Assembly (NCBI RefSeq): GCF_004010195.1
Contig: NC_057750.1
Span: 15,601,821-15,665,820, forward strand
Direction: 5' to 3'
From: Chiloscyllium plagiosum
Lineage: Eukaryota
DNA: 64,000 bases
Below, in pieces: positions 12,936-25,549 of this stretch (within the stretch, counting starts at the first letter, position 1; each line of letters opens with the position of its first letter). The translations under genes and the position numbers were made by a program. The notes beneath the pieces were generated by a model. That model made no database searches. It saw only the letters and a program-made list of their open reading frames with translations, and was not told where the DNA came from.

Positions 12936-13117
12936 CTGCAAATATTGGAATCAATGGTAGTGCTGTGTCAGCTAGTTTTAAAGCCAATAAGCATTACACT
13001 GAGCACAAATTGAAAGATTATGATTGATCAGCTTAGAGCAAGTTCAGGTGAGGGGGCTGTGCATGGAACCCACGTGAGTCAATACTCCAGTATAGTTGGC
13101 TGACCTTTAATAAGTAC

Positions 13118-13337
13118 CTTTAGAAACAATCCAGATCTACATCGTGACTGAGATGCATCCTGGTTTAGAGGAGTTTCTGTTATCAGTTTGTGACTTAACA
13201 TCCACCAAATATTCCTCTGACCAGAAAAGCCCAAAATAGAGAAAGTTGTAAACTCTTCTTTGTCATGAATTTTCTGGTTGTGAAATTCATCTAAATATTT
13301 ATGGCACGCAGCTAGCAATTCTTCAACGATGACCAGG
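13118..13337 (-). CDS. Putative internal coding exon of the same unidentified gene (LVIVEELLAACHKYLDEF...SGLFLK)
   Basis: Acceptor ttttgtttcattcag and donor AAG|gtactt. 220 nt (1 nt + 73 codons) with no stop, in unique sequence. Confidence 0.55.
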
Positions 13338-13529
13338 CTGAATGAAACAAAACCCACTTTTGGCTGGCACTGTGGGCTTGTAACATCAGCGGGACCTTCA
13401 GTTAGAAACACTGCTCTCAGTCTCTGTCCGAGAATGCTGAATATTCACACTCAACACATTTTCATTCAAAGGTCAATCCCTGTCTTACTGTAGAATGTAG
13501 CAGACCTCAGCACCCCTCTGTTAATTACA

Positions 13530-15010
13530 CCACTGTATTTCACAAACGTAGGACCATTGTAAATAGGAATTAATCCATGCACATCATAGCTAGGATTGTA
13601 AGGACGTAAGAAAATTATATAAAAGTTATTTACAATTGCTAATTTTCTATGTAAGGGCATATAAGTATTGTTTCTTACTTTCCTCAGTACATTGTAAACA
13701 GGAACATTGATCCATATGTTGGAATATCATAATTAGGAACATAGGAATATTGTAAACAGGAATGTAGGGATATTGTAAGTTAGTATGTACAGCATCATAA
13801 GCTCATACACGGGCCTTATAATTTACAACAGAGGGACTTTGGTAACATAGAATGTAAGGACAGAGAAAAAAAATCTGTATAGAAAGATAGTAATTGTAAA
13901 TAACTAAGCATATAAATATTGTATTGAGGAATGTAGATAATATTATAAGTGTGAATCTTAAAGCAGGAATGTAGGCTGTTGTAAATTAGAATGTAGAAAA
14001 TGTAATTTGGAATGCTGGTATATTGTAAATTGAAATGAGGAATGTTGTAAATTGAAATCTGAGAATATTGTAAATTGGAACATAGGAACATTGTAAATAG
14101 AAGTATAGATTATTGTAAATTTTGAATATAGTTATCTTATGTTTTAAAATGTAGGAATATAGTAGGCAGGAACATCATTAGAATCATACAGTACAGAAGA
14201 GGCCCTTTGGCTCATCTAGTTTGTACCACCAAATAATACACCACAATACACATTAATCCCATTTTCCTGCACTAGGCCCATAGCTTTTAATGTTATAACA
14301 ACTCGATGGTTGTCCAAGTACTTTTTAAAGATTGAAATTACTCACCTCAACTGTCTCCCATGTACCACTGTCTGGGTGAAACAATATTTCCTCAATCCAA
14401 CCACCTCCCCCACCCCCAAAAACCTTTTGTCTTTCCCCTTCATCATCCTATACACTGCAATAAGGTACCCCTCAACCTTCTCTGCTCCAAAGAAACAACC
14501 TTGGCTTATCCAGCCTTTCTTCATAGCTGAAATGTTCCATTGAATATTAGACCGTATGATAACTTAAAATGTGGGGATGTTGTAAAAATGTAGGAACACT
14601 GCAAAATTGTATATAGAAAAGTTGTAATTGTAAATAACTAAAATTTATAAATATTGTGTTGAGGAATGTAAAAAACATTGAAACACTAACAAACATGTAT
14701 TGCAACTAAGAACACAGCAGTATTGAAAATTGGGATGCAGGAATATCTTAATTTGAAATATATGAATATTGGAACTTAGAAATATCAAATTTGATCATTG
14801 GAATCTTTTAAATAGTAGTGTAAAATTATCAGTAAATTTAGAATATAGGAACATAGTACATAGGCACATAAATCAGAATGTAGGACCATTATAAATAGAA
14901 ATATAGGAACATTGTAATAGGAATGCAAGAATATTGTAAATTTAGAATAAGAGAATGTTTGTTTGTTTGTAAATAGAAATGTAAGAATATTGTAAATTAA
15001 AATGTGGGAA
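13530..15010 (+). repeat. AT-rich degenerate tandem repeat, interrupted by a minus-strand CR1 fragment (~14170-14540)
   Basis: Dozens of ATTGTAAAT(A)GGAATGTAGG-like motifs at roughly 22 bp spacing. Confidence 0.7.
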
Positions 15011-15016
15011 CTCGGT

Positions 15017-18000
15017 GGGGGGGGCGTGGAATCCAAGATGGCAGCGATCTAACAGGTCGGCTTTGTTGAGCTCTGCACCATAACCCAGGCGAAGTGATGC
15101 TTTTACCCTCCCCATCTAAGCTATTTTGGAGAAAATCAATAGTTTAATATTAGTAGAATTGCTGCATACCTTCTCTGTAGTGAGGGAAGATGACCAGAGG
15201 CAAAGGATCGAATACATCGCAACAGGCAGGACATTCCCCTGCAGCATCAGACATGCCAGTGGCCGCAACTTCAGCCTCCACTGAAATCCCAATGGACTCC
15301 CCTACTCAACAAGGCCTAGCTGCAGAGTTTTGTGAAGCTCCGGAAGAAGGTCGAAGCATCAATTGAAGAAAATTGCAACAGTCTGGAACCAATCTCACTC
15401 ATGCTGCAGACGCATGAGCAGGAACTGCAGAGTCTCAGGGGAGTGGAGGAGGTCAAGCAACGGACATCGCTGTCAGAGACCACGGTCAAGTCCTCAGCAG
15501 GATGTACCCAGGCCCGAGAGAAGCAGGTACAGGCCTTTAGTTGAGCAGGTCGAGAACCTCAAAACAAAGTCAAAGAAAGAACATCCGGTGGTCGGACTGC
15601 TGGAGTGAGAGGAAAGTAAGCAGCCGGCCTTCTTATATTTTTTTATTAATAATTTTATTTTTACTTTATTTATTTATTTATTTATTTGTTTGTTTGTTTG
15701 GGTTTTTTTTGAAGAATGGCTATCGTGAGCTGGGAGGCTGAAGTGGGCCGGGTATGGATCGATAGAGTTCACCAGGTGGTGGTGCGCAGACCCAGTTCAG
15801 ACCAGCACCCCACCCAGTCCTAGTGCGATTCCAGTCCTATAGGGACAAACAAAAGGTAATGGAAGCCTTCAGATCACTAGGTAAGGCTCCACAGGCCCTG
15901 ATTTACAAAGGATCCAAGGTTATGTTTTTTCAGGACTTTTCAGCGGCTGTGATCCGCAAGAGGAGGTCCTTTTGAGGTGAGGCATCTAGATATTCAATAT
16001 TTCATAAGGTACCTGACGGTGCTCCATTTTAATCATGAAGGGTCTGTGTATGTCTTTGACTCATCAGAAAAGACACAGAACTTTCTGGACACTTTGAAGT
16101 AGACCGGATGGTCCAAAGAACGTGGACAGTAATCGGTCGCTTCTCTTTTCCCTTTTTACCTCTACATGGTGTACTTCTTTTTATTACAGAAAGTGTTATT
16201 GGATTGTTTCAGTGATAATTGAGGTCAATGTATGGGTAGGGATGGGTGAAATGCCCACTTTCAATTTCTTTGTAATACCTAGTTTTCTTTTATCCTTCGC
16301 CTGAGTTTGGGGCGTGGCTCAAGCTAGAAGGAGTTATAGAGGTATATATGGGTAGTGTAAGTGCCCCCTGTGGGGAGGGGTGAGAGGCTCTCATCAACTG
16401 TTTTTTTTGTATGTTGTAATTGGCTTAGTTTGTTGGTTTTTAGTCGATGTAGTTTTTGAAAGTTTTTTTTTGTTAGTGTGTGTATTTCCTAGACTCCATG
16501 AGTTCCCATTTATTTACATTTGGCGTGTCGTGAGTAGGGTTCTTCCTCTTGGGGGGAGCTGTAGGGTTGTTATAGAGAAATTATGGCTAAGTGTCATCTG
16601 AAATATTAACAGGGGTCACTTTCCGGTCAAGAGAGAAAAAAAACTTTGGAGTCTCAGGAATGAGAGGGTTGATATTACCCTGTTGCCAGAAACCCACTTT
16701 GATAAGGAGCATCTAAAGTTACAACAGGGTGGGTTTGATCAGGGGTTCTTTTTGTCCTTTAACACTAAGAGCAGTGGGGTGGCCATTCTTGTCCAGAAGA
16801 TTCTCCCATTTAAGTTATTAGATCAAGATAAAGATGAATATGTGTGGTTTGTAATCCTTAAAGCTTTAATACATGGTGAAGAGTATGGCATTCTCAATGT
16901 TTACTGTCCCCAGATATACCCCCTCAAATTTGTGACTGATGAACTTTCTAAATTGATTGATTGCCCTTGGAACGCGACATACTATCATAGGAGGAGAATC
17001 ACCTCATGGATAGAATGCCTAGAGGTTCCCTCAAACATCCCGCTGCCACCTAAGCAACAGGTTGACTTATGCATGGAATTGGGGCTGGTGGACATTTGGA
17101 GATGTCCACGGGTAGGGACTTCAACTTTTTCGCTAATTTGCACAAGTCTCACACCAGAATTGACCTTTTTTAGCTCTTCGGTTTTTCTGGATTCAGTGAT
17201 GTCCTGTAAAGTTGGAAACATAGCCATTTCTGATCATGCGGCAGTGTATTTGGAAGTTAAGATTAAGGGCAATGGAACAGGTTCACGGCATTGGCTCAGT
17301 GGTTGGCAGTGCTGCCTCAGTGCTAGGGACCTGGGTTCCATTCCAGCCTCAGGTGACTGTGTAGAGTTTGCACATTCTCCCTGTGTCTGCATGGGTTTCC
17401 TCCAGGTGCTCTGGTTTCCTCCCACATTCCAAAGATGTGCAAGTTAGATGAATTGATTTATGCTAAATTGTCCATAGTGTTAGGTGCATTAGTCAGAAGG
17501 AAATGGGTCTGGGTGGGTTATGCTTCAGAGCATCGGTAGGGACTTGTTGAGCCGAAGGGAGAGCATGTTGAAGGCAGCCGAGACAGCATATTTTGATAGG
17601 CCATCAGTGACTAAATTGCAAAAAGTCACAGTTCTCCAGGTTACTTTGGACACCATGCTCACTCGGATAGCAAAGAGAGAACTTTTATTTTTGTGAAACA
17701 AAGGCTGTTTGACCATGGCAATAGGCCAGGCAAATACCTGGCCAGGTAAAATACCCCCTGCCCCTCTCCCCCAATCCATTACATCAATCAGAGAAGGCAC
17801 TGGGATTCTTACCTGTGACTCTTTTTTTTAAAAAAAAAAATCAGTGCAGCGTTTCGGAGACTTTACTCCGAACTATATATGTTGGAATGCTGTGAGGACC
17901 TGGACCTTCCAGGTTTGACCTCGGAACGGGCGTCTCCTCTTAACGCCCCCTTGACAGTGCAAGAGATACAGGAGGCAGTAAGACAGCTCCAAAGAGGGAA

Positions 18001-18553
18001 GGGAAGGCACCCAGCCCTGATGGTCTCCCAAGTGAATTCTTCAAAGAATTTATAAATATCCTGTCCGGTCCGATGCTGGACATGTACAACTATTTGGGCA
18101 GTCATGACTATCTCCCACCATCCCCCAGAGGCTAACATCTCTCCCACCCTCAAGAAAGGGAAGACCCTGGAGGACTGTTTCGTATGGACCCATTTCGCTG
18201 TTAAATTCAGACTTCAAAATCCTATCCAAGGCACTTGTGTTGAGATTAACGAGGCTGTTGCCCTCTTTGTTAAGGAGGACCAGACAGGTTTTCTAAAGGG
18301 CTGCAGATCCTCCAGTACATTAATAGAAGATTACTGAATATGGTCCAAATTTGTTTGCAACGATTGGTTCAGGGTTTGGTGATGTCTTTAGATGCAGAGA
18401 AGGCATTTGACCAAGTGGAGTGGCCATATTTTTTTATACTCTGGAACGGTTTGGTCTCGTTGAGGTCTTTGTCAGATGGGTGAGGGTCCTGTATAGTGAC
18501 CCCCTGGCTGTGGTTCTCACCACTGGTGTAAGATCCAGTAATTTCAATATCGC
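15017..18553 (+). mobile_element. L1-clade LINE: 5' UTR, ORF1, AP endonuclease and start of RT; inactivated and 3'-truncated
   Basis: 5' end GGGGGGGCG...CAAGATGGC. ORF1 runs from ATG 15190 to TAG ~16102 (RKNIR, RVHQV, FFQDFS remnants). Endonuclease motifs ETH, SGVAIL, LNVYCP, SDHAAV; RT motifs DFKILSKAL, DQTGF, DAEKAFDQVEW. Many frameshifts. Confidence 0.85.
17283..17560 (+). mobile_element. HE1-type V-SINE inserted in the L1 ORF2
   Basis: TGGCTCAGTGGTT...GGGTTCCATTCC...TGTGTAGAGTTTGCACATTCTCC...ATGCTAAATTG. Confidence 0.8.
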
Positions 18554-18859
18554 AGGCGTAATCAGCAAGAGTCTTACAAATAAAAACATAGTGGTTCAGT
18601 GGGAAAACGCTGCTTAGAGTCACATGTTGCACAAAGGAAGATCGTTGTGGTTGTGGGAGGTCAGTCATTTCAGTTCCAGGATACTTATGCAGGAGTTCCT
18701 TGTGCAATTGTAAAATTGATGATTTCAGTTAATAAGCACTTCCCAGCAGAGGTAGTGCAACAGCAACAACAACAAATATAGGGGAGGGGAGGGAAAGAAG
18801 GAGAGTGCTGTATTAAAACAGAGGAATTGGAGGTGGTAATAATGCACTTTTAAGTTCTT

Positions 18860-19720
18860 CAGGGTAGTGTCCTTTGCCAAACCATCTTGAGCAGCTTCAT
18901 TAATGACTTTCCCTCTATCATAAGGTAAAAAGTGAGATGTTCGTTCAGGACTGCACAATGGTCAGCACTATTTGCAACTTCTAATACCGAAGCACTCCAT
19001 GTCCAAATGCAGCAAGACCTGGACAATCTCCAGCTGTGGGTTGACAAGTAGCAAATAATAGTCACAAGGTAATGAACATTTCCAACAAAGAATTTAACCA
19101 ATACTTCTTGACACTCAGTGACTTTACCATCACTGAATCCTCCACAATCAGTATTCTTTGACCATAAACTGAACTGGACTAGACAAGGGTAGGCCAGAGC
19201 CTGTCTACCATCTACAAGGCACAAGTGACGAAATACTCATGGCTTGTCTGAATGGGTGCAGCTTCTGCAGCACTCAAAACGTTTGACACCATCCAGGTCA
19301 AAGCAGCCACTTGTTTGGCATCACAAACATTCACGCCCTCTACCATGGATGCTCAATAGCAGCAGTGTGTATTATCTACAAGATGCACTGCAGAAATTCA
19401 CCAACGCTCCAAAGATAGTATCTTTCAAACCAATGACCACTTCCAACTAGAAAGTCCAGGGCAGCAAATATATAGGACCATCGCCAGCTACAAGTTCCCT
19501 CCAAGTCACTCACCATTCTGACTTTGGAAATGTATCACCATTCCTTCACTAGGTCAAAATCCTGGAATTACTCCATAACAGCATTGTGGATCTACCTACA
19601 CGCAACAGACTGCAGCTGTTTAAGCAGGCAGCTCACTACCACATTCTCAACAGCAACTATGAATGCAATAAATGCTGCCCCAGCCAGTGACACCCATATC
19701 CTGTGAAGGAGCTAAAACAA
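18860..19720 (+). mobile_element. CR1/L2-group LINE (second family), RT and 3' end; other copies at ~29950-31000, 36050-36965(-), 50690-51290 and 53440-53745
   Basis: QGSVL, SFINDFP and MQQDLDNLQLWVDK remnants, plus the shared tail CTACAAGATGCACTGCAG...AATAAATGCTG. Confidence 0.7.
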
Positions 19721-20392
19721 GTTTGTAAATGGAACTATCCTTAATGGAAATGATATAGAAGTCTCATGCATTCAAACACAGACACTAAATTTTCTCTTCT
19801 GTTATGACTGACGTAATATGCTGGGCTGTTGCGGAGTTTTTGGGATCAGGTTTAGAAATGTCAATGCCGAGCAATCCCAATAGCTAGATGGCAGTGAGAC
19901 TGATTTCACAGTGAGAGGGTAGGACTGGTTCAGCATCAATCCCTGTAAGTTTCAGAATAACAGGGTGTGATGGATTCGACATGGGTCACTGTTGATTCCA
20001 GATGAGGTTGGAAGGGGTTCAGCATGGATCCTTGGAGGTTCCAGGTGGCTGTAAGGGGCACACTTGGGATTGTGGGGTATTTGGCAATTGCAGTACCCTT
20101 GCCCAAGTTAGATATTGACACCAGCATGTCCAGTATCTGTGCATGGACTGCACCATCCCAGAATTGCAGAACACTGGTGACTTATTTATTCAATGCTGAA
20201 CTCCAAAATGGGCAGCCTATAGTTTCAGTATAGCACTTGCTTCGCCTGCTGCTTTTATATCAACCCTAAACTGCTGACACTCCATACACGTCTCACTGTC
20301 AGAATTGATTTCATTGAGGTTTTTTTTACATCTACTTTGTAAAGTACTGATGCTTAACTGTCTGTACGCTATCCCAGGGTACGTTCACTTGC

Positions 20393-20444
20393 CTATTTCC
20401 GTCTATCCTTGCATCTGCATCGATTTCTGCATCAACCTTACGCA
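20393..20444 (-). CDS. Speculative 52-nt exon with a GC donor (RKVDAEIDADARIDGN)
   Basis: Acceptor cttttattccttaaacttag and donor AG|gcaagt. Phases 1 and 2 fit the flanking candidate exons. Confidence 0.2.
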
Positions 20445-20544
20445 CTAAGTTTAAGGAATAAAAGACTTGCATTTTTATAAAGCTTTGAGGCATTACAGCC
20501 AATGAAGTGGAGTCACTGCAATGATGGAGGAACCATGGAGTCAG

Positions 20545-22530
20545 TGTAGATGTGGGAAAAAAAGAGAAACTGCTGGAGAAACTCCGCAGGTCTGGCAGCA
20601 TCTGTGGAGAAAGCAAAGTAAACGTTTCAAGTCTAATGAACCTGCTTCAGAATTGATAGTTCCTAGGAAAGCATGATATATATTGCTGAAGACTGAGGAT
20701 GGGGAGGTCCCATCCTCAGGGAGCAAACAGATAAGCAGAGATGCAGCTCGGAGAACAACAAAGAGACAAAGGGATGGATGATTGTATGCTAAGGAGAGAA
20801 AAAAACACTGATAATGGAGACCATAAATAGGTGAAAGACCTGGGGTGTGAGGGTGGTAAAGGACATAGGAGAAGGTGCTTTGGCTCTCAAATGATAAAAC
20901 TCGATATGGAGTCCTGAAGGCCGCAGGATCCCCAAGTTGCTAATGTTTCTGCTTGAGCTGAACCTTGCTGGAGCACTGTAGAAGGTAGAAATGTTGGCCA
21001 GCGAATACAATTAGACTAAACTGAGTGAAGTGCAGGTAAATCGCTGCTTCATCTGGAAGGTGTGTTTTGGACTCTTGGATAGTGAGGAGGGAGGAAGTAA
21101 ATGGGCAGTTATGTACCTTCTGTGATTGCACGGGAAGAGGCCATTGCTGTGGCAGATGTTGGGAGTAGGAGTGCATTTGGGTATTCCAGAGGGAATGGTG
21201 CATGAGAAATGCTGTCTAGTGGCAACATCTGGCTGGAAATGGTGCGTTATGACGTCTTAGATGTAGATGCTGTTGGGGTGAAAACTGAGGACTAGGGGAC
21301 CCTATCAGTGTTGTGAGAGGAGTGAGAAAGAGTGAGGGCAGAACTGTGGGAAATCGGTGGGACACAGCTCAGGACTGTGACAACCACTGTGGAGGGGAAT
21401 CCTCAGTGCAAATTTTTGAGGCCCCTTCGGTAGGTGGTATAATTAGAACAGACCGAGATGGAGAATTAGGGGAATGGGATGGAGTCTTTTCACGAAGCAG
21501 GGTGTGAGGATGTATAGGCCAGATAACTGTGGGCGACACTGGATTTATGATGTTAATCAATGGCCAGCCAATCCCCAGAAATGGAAACAGCGATGTCAAG
21601 AAAGGGAAGGGGCGAGTAGAGATGGACCAGATTAAGGTAAAAGCATGGTGGAAATTGGAAGTCAAATTGATACATTTTTCCAGTTCTGAATGAGAGAAGG
21701 AAGGAATGTCAATGATGGCATCAACATACTGGAGAAAAGGTTGTGGGGAGAAACCAGGATTGTTCCACCTGCTTCCCCACAACCCACACCCCCTTGCCAC
21801 GCATTTGCAGAAGGTGTAACATTTGCCCCTTTGCTTCTTCCCTCCTCACAATCCAAGACTTCAGAGACAGCTTGAAGCAGCGATTTACCTGCAATACACT
21901 CAATCTGGTCTGCTGTATGCGTTGTCCATAATGTTAACTCCTTTACATTGGGTAGATGAAAGGCAGACTGGGCAATCACTTTGCAGAACACCTATATTCT
22001 GCAAGGTGACCCTGAGTTACCCCCGTGTTCTCCAGCCAACAATTTTGTGTCAGGCTGCTGTATTGCTCTAGTGAAGCTCAGCGCAAGCCAGAAGAACAGG
22101 ATCTCATTTTCTGCTAGGAGACCCTTCAGGACTCCATGTTGAGTTCAATAATTTTGGAACCTGGACACCTTCATGTCCTTTACCCACCCCCACACACCGG
22201 TGCTTTCCCCATAGTCAACCCATTTTCACTTATGATCCCCATTATCAGCTTTTCTTTCTCCTGAGCATGGTTTCACCATCCCTTTGTATTCCTAACTGTC
22301 ATTCTTTTTCTGAGCTCCATCTCTGTCTTTCCACTCACTCCTTTTACCCCTCCACCCAGCCCCCTGTCGTCAGCATAAATGCCATCTTTTCCTAGATACT
22401 ATCAGCTCTGAGGAAGGTTTAAAATTTTAACTCTGCTTTCTTTCCACAGGTGCTGCCAGACCTGCTGAATTTCTCCAGCAGTTTCTGTTCGCTTGAGATT
22501 TCCAGCATCTTCATTCTTTTGCTTTATTTT
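20545..22530. mobile_element. Penelope-like retroelement remnants in inverted arrangement (RT + GIY-YIG on -, GIY-YIG + terminus on +)
   Basis: Minus strand FLQYVDAII...NLTSNFHHAFTLIWSIS resembles the PLE RT YxDD region. Plus strand CNICPF...KQRFTCNTLNLVCCMRC resembles the Cys-rich linker and GIY-YIG. Matching termini sit at both outer ends. Confidence 0.75.
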
Positions 22531-22559
22531 AGTGTAATGAGAGAGTGTTTTAATGCAGA

Positions 22560-23030
22560 CTACATCAGGAGTACGGTGCAGCTTTGGCCTCCTTACCCAA
22601 GGAGAAATATACTTGCGTCAGCAACTGTGCAGCGAAGATTCATGAGACTGTTTCAGTGGTTGAGGTTAAGTAAATTGGGCCTTTATGCTTTAGGACTTTA
22701 GAAGAATGAGAGGTGATTGCTTTGAAACATACAACTTTCTAGATGGAGTCGACTCCCCTACCCCCTCCCTCACCCTAGATTAAGCTGGAGAATCTAGAAC
22801 ATGGTACAGTCTCAGGAAAAGGAAATGTTGTTTAGGACTGAGATGAGAAACAACCTATTCATTCGATGGTTTGTAAATCCTTGCAACTCTTAACCCCCAG
22901 GTGGTTGTAGAATTGAGGGAGGCAGATAGGAAAGTGTAGTTGAAGCTGAAGATCACTGTATTGAATGGTTGAGCAGGCATGATGAGCAAAATGGTCTTCT
23001 CCTGCTCGTAATATGCTCCGAAATTGCCAT
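22560..23030 (+). mobile_element. CR1 LINE 3' fragment
   Basis: VQLWPPY, VQRRFMRL and LGLYAL remnants plus tail. Confidence 0.65.
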
Positions 23031-23844
23031 ATGACAATATGAGAATAATTAGTTTTAACAATGTTGGCTGTGGACAAACGTTAGCCAGTAAGAAAAAAAT
23101 GGAATGTCTCCAGTATTCTTCACAAAAGTGGCATGGGATCTGAGTGCAGTGCCTCGGTTTAACACATCACTGTCAATACTGCGTAGGAGTGCCAGCTGTG
23201 ATCACATCGTGCAGATTCGAGGGGTTGAGTGTGAATCCATACCTTTCCATGACTCAACCCGCTTAGTTTGGGCTTCTTGACTTCAACCCTGACAATTCCC
23301 CGTGTAATTCACAGTCCTGCGATCCTCACACATTCACCCCCCCCACTACAGGTCACCAACCAGCTCTCCCTATGCTGTGCTGTTCTTTGCTGAATGCTCT
23401 CTGCATTTCCATTTCCCTCTCCGCTTTAACCAAAGCATTTTCGGGCCTTGTGGGCTAAGTGTTGTCACTCTGCCTGATCTGTGGCCCATTGCCAGTTCTG
23501 TGCGGCATCTCAGGATGTTCTCTCCGTTGAAAAGGTTAGTGCAAAGTTATTGCAGGTTTGGTGTCAAAAGGGTTAGCCATCTATCTATCTATCTTTAATA
23601 AAATTGACCCACAAAGGTGTGAGGTTTTAAACGAGTTAAGATTATTGCAGCGGGGTGAATTCTGTCTCTTTGAGTGAGAAGCTGGAACAGCCCAGGCAGT
23701 CTAACACTCCCTGCAACTGACTGAGCTTCCAGCAAAGATTGACATCCTGGACAGCCCCATCAGCTTGATGTCAGAATGGCCTGAACCAATCGTCCAAAGG
23801 GGCCCACCTCCTGGGACGGTGCCAGCCTTGCCTCCCTTACTCAC

Positions 23845-23980
23845 ACAGGGGCTTGTGCTGCCTGTCAGGCTCTCTCTGTCTGTTCATCAGAGTGCAGGGT
23901 GTTACAGAGGACTCAAGCTTCATCGGGTTCCCCTAGCTAGTTCCACGTTGAGCCAGGGCTCCACAGGAAAGGATAAAGCA
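23845..23980 (-). other. Candidate exon (5' UTR + MKLESSVTPCTLMNRQREPDRQHKPL, or non-coding)
   Basis: Acceptor cattaccttcag and a perfect donor gtgagtaag. All three frames close before the ATG at 23923. The Kozak context is weak. Confidence 0.25.
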
Positions 23981-24329
23981 CTGAAGGTAATGCGATTCTT
24001 TCAGTTTTCCATGATGTAACTTTTTTTTTCTAATTGCAGTCCTTTGTGTCTCAAAAGAAAAGATTAACCCTGAAAAAGTTCATATTTCCTGACGAGTCGT
24101 GTGGAGCTGAGGCTGCACTGTAGAGCCAGTTTTAAGTTTACGGAACCTCAGTTCTTTGGCAGCTTTTATTTTATTTACAAAGGAGAAGGATTAAATTAAA
24201 TTGTCTTATTTTGACTACCTGTTTAAACATTTTAAAATTGTGCCTCAAGTTCGCTATTCCTACTAATGCCATTCTTTCTTATTGACACTTGTGTCAAATG
24301 AAATATCAAATTGAATCCATACCCCAATG

Positions 24330-24330
24330 A

Positions 24331-24371
<41 letters not shown>

Positions 24372-24690
24372 GAACCCCAGTGAGAGTCGGTGCGTGTTGG
24401 GGACCCGTATCCCAGTGAGAGTCGGTGCGTGTGAGATACTTACCTCAGTGAGCGTGGGTGTGCATGGGACCCGTAAGCCAGTTAGAGCCTGAGAGTGCAT
24501 GGGACCTGTAAACCAGTTAGAGCCTGAGAGTGTGGGAGTCATACCCCAGTGAGTGTTAGTGTGTGTGGGACACTTATCCTAGTGAGAGTCAATACGTGTG
24601 GGGAAGTTATACCCCAGTGAGAGTCTGTGTGCATGGGACATTTACGCCAGTAAGAGTCATTGTATTTGGGACCCATACCCCAGTGAGATT
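24330..24690 (+). repeat. (GT)n microsatellite followed by a ~32 bp minisatellite
   Basis: About 10-11 copies of GTGTGGGACCCATACCCCAGTGAGAGTC-like units. Confidence 0.85.
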
Positions 24691-25549
24691 GAAAGGTCGT
24701 AGGAAAGGGGGTTTCATCGTTGACCTCCAATGTTGAATTCACTGATGCAGCATTCACTGTGCTCCTGGGAGGGGCAGTCATTGGAAGTGTGTGTCACTGG
24801 TCTCATACTGTGCAGGTTGGATGGGGAGTGTGGACCAATTAATGATCACCTACTGTGTACTATGTAATTGTATGGCAGAAATGTTTTTAAATGTGGAAAA
24901 TGTAGATGGTGTGAATTATGAAATTGTGACACTGAATAGATTTCACCTCGCCCTCCCTTTATAAATGCAAAATAAAAGCAGGAAATACCAAAAATTCAGC
25001 AGATTAATTCGCATCGTTGAGAGAGAAACAGCATGAATGTTTTCCATTGATTTTTCTTTTTTTAATTGGTACTGAAAACATTGAGATTTTTGAGGTTTTC
25101 AGTAGTACCTTGGTGGGAGCAGGGGAAAAGTAGAACAAATGGTGTCTGTGAAACAGGAAGAGTTGAAATGACAGACAGAATGATGGTGGAAAGTGACAAT
25201 GGGAAAAATGAAGAAAAGGGTGTTTCGAGAAGAGATGTAAGTTGCAGCTGGGGAATTGTTAACCGTTTTCATGAAATATCAGTGGTCTGAACTATGAACT
25301 CTGCTTCTCTGCATTGACTCCCTGCTCTGCTGAATTCATGCAGCATTTCAGTTCCTGTCATCAGTGTCTATTTCAAACAAATATGAGACAATGTTTATGG
25401 TTTGAAATTGTTAAACGCAGTGTGACTATACATTGCCAAATCGAGTTGAACTGTTCCTTGGGTGAATGTTCTTCATCTGAAGAGTAAGTGATATAGAAAT
25501 CTGAGTTAGACAGAGTTTTCCTCATTGTGTCAGAGTCAGATTCTTTCGG

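Noticed and set aside
16683..17447. 254-aa gene
   Set aside because: It is a frameshifted L1 endonuclease running into a SINE.
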